From positions 1-36,900 of the IMG/VR virus record IMGVR_UViG_3300007734_000641: a stretch of DNA of 36,900 nt; one strand, given 5' to 3'. The position numbers and the translations under genes were made by a program. Under the pieces are notes generated by a model, which searched no databases, had not been told where the DNA came from, and was given only the letters and a program-made list of their open reading frames with translations. This DNA comes from a virus. Lineage: Duplodnaviria; Caudoviricetes. Each line of letters begins with the position of its first letter. Position 1 is the first letter of the stretch. Of the stretch, positions 33,481-36,900 are shown in pieces.

Positions 33481-35748
33481 ATGGCCGACTACGTTTCACC
33501 AGACGCTCGACGCCGTATCGCAGGCGGGCTGATGGCGGCACAGTACGCAGAGAACCCGCCTCTCGCGCCGACTGGCTACGACTTCGACGCCGCGCCGCTC
33601 TCGCCGGGGCTGATGAACTTCGCCGCCCAACGTGGCCAGCCAGGCGTGATCCAGAAAACGCTCGGCCTCATCCCCGGCTTTGATCAGGACGGCAAGCGCG
33701 GCGCTCAGTCGTGGGGCAATGCGCTAATGAGTACGGCGCAATTTCCAATTGATGCTGTGGCGGGGTTCGGACAGGCGATCACGGCGCCTGCAAGAGCGTA
33801 TCGTGGCGAGTTCGACCCTCTATCCGAGGAAGGCATAGGCGAAGGGCTGAACGTCGCTGGTAATGCCTTGATGGGCGGGCTTGCTGCGCCTAAGCCTCGG
33901 GGTGCAATAACAAGCGCCGAACCCAACTCATACAAGGCTTATCATGGCCGCAACTCGGATGCGCTGTTCACCGCACCAGAAGGACGCCAGCCGTGGGGAT
34001 CATCAAGTCATGAAGTGGCGAACACATACGCTCAATATGCCGACCATAGCCCCATGGTCGTTCCGGTCGAGTATAGGTTCAACAATCCAGCGGTTCATGA
34101 TGCGCGCGGTGCTGATTGGATGTCCATACCGAGCAAAGGTGGCTTTGATACGACTAACGGCCTTGTTGAAAAAGCGAAAATTGCAGGCAATGACGGCGTT
34201 GTGTTCAAGAACGTCCGCGACTCGATCCGCCAAGATATCAATTCCAGTGCCAGCGACGTATATTACCCAATCCAGCGCGGCACAACTTACAGCGGCATGA
34301 CCGGAGACCTATTATTTGCCAACGGCGGCCGTCCTGGTGCTGCTGCTGGCGCTGCGCTGGGGGCGATTCCTGATGCCGCAGCGCTTGACATGAGCCAAGC
34401 GGCGCGGATGCAGCGGGCAAGAGATATGGGGCTCGATACCGATCGGACGTGGTATCGCGGTGGCAAAACGGCTCGCGACGAACTGAAAGCCGTAGGAAGT
34501 GAAGTCGATACGCCGGCCATTTGGTTCTCAAGCAGCCCTCAAAGGGCTTCAGATTTCGCCACTATGAGGGCTGAATACGGTAATATGGCAGATCTTAAAG
34601 CTGATTACATGCCTAGCGTCATGCCAGCATATACGGGTGGAAATTATAAAACTGTCGAAGGGATGTTCCAGGCACCAAATTTTGACCGCATGAGCAAGCA
34701 GATGGAACAAGCGAAGGCTGACGGTTACGACGGCGTTGTGTTTAAGCGTCTAAACGACAGGCCAGGAGCAACAGGGCCATCACTTTTTAATTCTAGCGAT
34801 GTCTTGGCTAAATTTGACGGATCAAACATCAGATCTCCTAACGCCGCATTCGACCCTGCCAAGGCTGACAGCTCCAACCTATTATTCGCCAACGGCGGTC
34901 GCCCTGGTGCTGCGGCTGGGGCGGCGTTGGGGGCGATACCAGATACTCCCGGTATTCGTGCCTATCACGGTTCTCCGCATGATTTCGACCGGTTCGACCT
35001 TTCCAAGATAGGAACGGGAGAGGGAGAGCAGGCGTATGGGCATGGGCTGTATTTTGCTGAGAATGAAGGGGTGGCGAGAAGCTATCAAACCGGCCTTGGT
35101 AACCTAGTGGCACAGGACGCCGCATTTGCGGAAAAATACCTAAGCCCGCGTGGCAAGGCCGAATTGGATAGTAGGTTGGCAGAAACTTACGCAAAAGAAG
35201 CCGAAAGGTACGGTGTAACAGAGAAAGAAATTGCAGAAATAGATGGTCCGAAAGGGGCGATCCGCGATAGTATTATAAAAGACATGAGCACAGAGGAAAA
35301 GTCAGGTTATTTCGGCCGCATGTACGAGGTCAACATCAAGGCCAACCCTGATGATTTCCTAGACTGGGACAAGCCGCTGAGCCAGCAGAGTGCAGGCGTT
35401 CGTGATGCAATAAACCGAGTTGGGCGTGATGCGGAGCCGTATGGTCTTGATCGCATCACAGATGATATGCGTCCCGTGGAAATTTCAAAGCTGCTTCGTG
35501 ATCCGGTCGCGATTGAACGCCTTAAGCAGCACAACGTCCCCGGCATTCGCTACCTGGACCAAGGCTCTCGTGCTGGTGGTGAAGGAAGCCGTAACCTCGT
35601 CGTGTTCGACGACAAGCTGATCGAGATCCTTCGCAAGTACGGCCTTCTCGGCATGGCTGGCGGCGCTGCTGCTGCCGAGTATTCCGGCGGCAATTCTCTT
35701 CTCAACCCCGTTCCCGCGTCTCCCCGCTATCGACCAGGTGACGCATGA
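33481..35748 (+). CDS. Polyvalent-type protein with three tandem ADP-ribosyltransferase-like domains
   Basis: D1 AYHG..WGSSSHEVANTYA..GNDGVVF; D2 WYRGG..IWFSSSPQRASDFA..GYDGVVF; D3 AYHGSPHDFDRF..GHGLYFAENEGVARSY..PGIRY..NLVVFD. Confidence 0.8.
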   Translation: MADYVSPDARRRIAGGLMAAQYAENPPLAPTGYDFDAAPLSPGLMNFAAQRGQPGVIQKTLGLIPGFDQDGKRGAQSWGNALMSTAQFPIDAVAGFGQAITAPARAYRGEFDPLSEEGIGEGLNVAGNALMGGLAAPKPRGAITSAEPNSYKAYHGRNSDALFTAPEGRQPWGSSSHEVANTYAQYADHSPMVVPVEYRFNNPAVHDARGADWMSIPSKGGFDTTNGLVEKAKIAGNDGVVFKNVRDSIRQDINSSASDVYYPIQRGTTYSGMTGDLLFANGGRPGAAAGAALGAIPDAAALDMSQAARMQRARDMGLDTDRTWYRGGKTARDELKAVGSEVDTPAIWFSSSPQRASDFATMRAEYGNMADLKADYMPSVMPAYTGGNYKTVEGMFQAPNFDRMSKQMEQAKADGYDGVVFKRLNDRPGATGPSLFNSSDVLAKFDGSNIRSPNAAFDPAKADSSNLLFANGGRPGAAAGAALGAIPDTPGIRAYHGSPHDFDRFDLSKIGTGEGEQAYGHGLYFAENEGVARSYQTGLGNLVAQDAAFAEKYLSPRGKAELDSRLAETYAKEAERYGVTEKEIAEIDGPKGAIRDSIIKDMSTEEKSGYFGRMYEVNIKANPDDFLDWDKPLSQQSAGVRDAINRVGRDAEPYGLDRITDDMRPVEISKLLRDPVAIERLKQHNVPGIRYLDQGSRAGGEGSRNLVVFDDKLIEILRKYGLLGMAGGAAAAEYSGGNSLLNPVPASPRYRPGDA
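34309..34374 (+). repeat. 66-bp linker repeat copy 1 (LLFANGGRPGAAAGAALGAIPD)
   Basis: 57/66 nt identical to copy 2; identical peptide. Confidence 0.95.
34879..34944 (+). repeat. 66-bp linker repeat copy 2
   Basis: Same 22-aa peptide 570 bp downstream. Confidence 0.95.
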
Positions 35749-36446
35749 ACATCAGCCAGCGCGGTTTGAACCTCATCTATGAGTTCGAGGGGAAACTCAC
35801 GAAGCTCCCCGATGGACGCTATCAATCGTATCGGTGCCCGGCCGGCGTCTGGACGATCTATGCCGGCTGCACCGAAGGCGTGCACGAAGGAATGATCATC
35901 ACCGAGCAGCAAGGTGAAATGCTGTTTCGGAACGAGCTGGCGAAGTTCGAGCGCTGCGTCATGAGCGCATGCACTCGTGAGCCGAACCAGAACCAGTTCG
36001 ATGCATTTGTCTCGCTTGCCTACAACATTGGTGAGGCAGGATTTAGGAAATCGAGCGTGCTGAAGCATTTCAACGCGGGTCGCGATGGTCCCGCGTCTCG
36101 CGCGTTCGCGCTGTGGAACAAGGGCGGCGGGCGCGTGCTCAAGGGCCTCGTGCGCCGACGCGCGGCGGAATCTGGCCTGTTCATGCGCCCGATGGAAGCG
36201 CCGCCAATGCCGCAGCAAGTGACGCCACAGGAGAGCGCCAGCGGGACCACGGCGGCGGTCGGAACAGTCGGCATGATCAGCAACTTTGCGATGGGTGATC
36301 CGGTCGGCGCCACGAGCGCCGCAGTAGCTCTCAAAGGCAACATGTCGGCGCTGACGGCTGACCTTGATCCGGTGCGGTGGGGCGTTCCGTTACTCATTGC
36401 GGCGGGCCTGTTCTTCTTCCTGCGTTGGGCACGGAGGCCGTCATGA
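35745..36446 (+). CDS. Endolysin, GH24 lysozyme with C-terminal hydrophobic tail
   Basis: FEG..YRCPAGVWTI..NQFDAFVSLAYNIG..WNKGGGRVLKGLVRRRAAE; TM WGVPLLIAAGLFFFL. Confidence 0.93.
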   Translation: MNISQRGLNLIYEFEGKLTKLPDGRYQSYRCPAGVWTIYAGCTEGVHEGMIITEQQGEMLFRNELAKFERCVMSACTREPNQNQFDAFVSLAYNIGEAGFRKSSVLKHFNAGRDGPASRAFALWNKGGGRVLKGLVRRRAAESGLFMRPMEAPPMPQQVTPQESASGTTAAVGTVGMISNFAMGDPVGATSAAVALKGNMSALTADLDPVRWGVPLLIAAGLFFFLRWARRPS

Positions 36447-36691
36447 TCCCACTATTGCTATGGCTGCGTACCGGGATGGGGCAAGGCGCAATGATTGGCC
36501 TTGCTGCAACGATGGCGTTTGGGTGGCTCAAGTTGAGGGACCATCGATATTTCGAGAAGGGTGCTGAAAGCGTGCGCGTCGAGACAAGGAAAGCCAACGA
36601 TGCGGCTGTTTCCACTGCTGATAAAGTGCGCGCTCGCGTCAACGCTGGCGGGGTGCGCGGCAAAAGAGATCCCTATACTTCCACTGACTGA
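36443..36691 (+). CDS. Rz: i-spanin (Rz-like)
   Basis: ATGA-coupled to the endolysin; N-terminal TM then helical periplasmic part. Confidence 0.75.
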   Translation: MIPLLLWLRTGMGQGAMIGLAATMAFGWLKLRDHRYFEKGAESVRVETRKANDAAVSTADKVRARVNAGGVRGKRDPYTSTD

Positions 36692-36878
36692 GGACGGAGC
36701 GCTGCGGGCCTTCCAGCCGATCGCCAACAGCGCCAAGGCCCCGTGCTCGATCCAGAAGGCGATTGCCGCTCACAACAGCGTCTATGACACGCTGAAGACG
36801 AGGAAGGCCGTCGTCTACAAGGCTCCCTGCGATGTGGACAAGGGAGGCGCGTCGCAAAAAGTCGCGGCCGCACAATGA
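36600..36878 (+). CDS. Rz1: o-spanin lipoprotein (Rz1-like)
   Basis: MRLFPLLIKCALASTLAGC lipobox; overlaps the i-spanin 3' end in another frame. Confidence 0.8.
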   Translation: MRLFPLLIKCALASTLAGCAAKEIPILPLTEDGALRAFQPIANSAKAPCSIQKAIAAHNSVYDTLKTRKAVVYKAPCDVDKGGASQKVAAAQ

Positions 36879-36900
36879 TAGATGAGAGATTCCTCACTGC
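36774..36900. repeat. Terminal direct repeat, right copy
   Basis: Exact match to 1-127; 127 is a common assembler k-mer length. Confidence 0.97.

Noticed and set aside
34309-34944. CRISPR or DGR template/variable repeat interpretation of the 66-bp repeats
   Set aside because: Only two in-frame copies, differences are synonymous rather than adenine-specific, and no RT or cas gene is present

Overview
The window looks like a complete, circularly permuted, GC-rich P22-like podophage genome of 36,773 bp. Bases 1-127 are identical to 36774-36900, most likely an assembler k-mer overlap. The host is probably an alphaproteobacterium (Cro type, 'AADL' OMP fragment, membrane-tailed GH24 endolysin). 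Gene order: (1) a leftward block of small early genes sharing a repeated start motif, including a stand-alone WYL protein; (2) a divergent block headed by an apparently catalytically dead serine-recombinase homologue plus HTH regulators; (3) leftward recombination genes (HNH, DUF1367/NinB-like, RecT-like); (4) a pL/pR switch with operators and Cro but no cI; (5) replication (short initiator, SF2 helicase, Zn-finger/Toprim primase); (6) a NusG-like antiterminator; (7) TerS/TerL, P22-type portal, scaffold, coat, gp4/gp10-like and three ejection proteins, a mosaic tail fibre and its chaperone; (8) a 755-aa protein of three tandem ADP-ribosyltransferase-like domains joined by a perfectly conserved 22-aa linker; (9) endolysin, spanins and a putative holin. 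No integrase, tRNA or CRISPR was seen. Best leads: the modular ART polyprotein, a near-perfect chromosomal parS site and a DnaA box in a phage lacking integrase/cI/ParAB, the dead resolvase in a repressor-like position, and a ~290-nt highly structured RNA candidate behind cro. All family assignments come from motifs read by eye; no searches were run.
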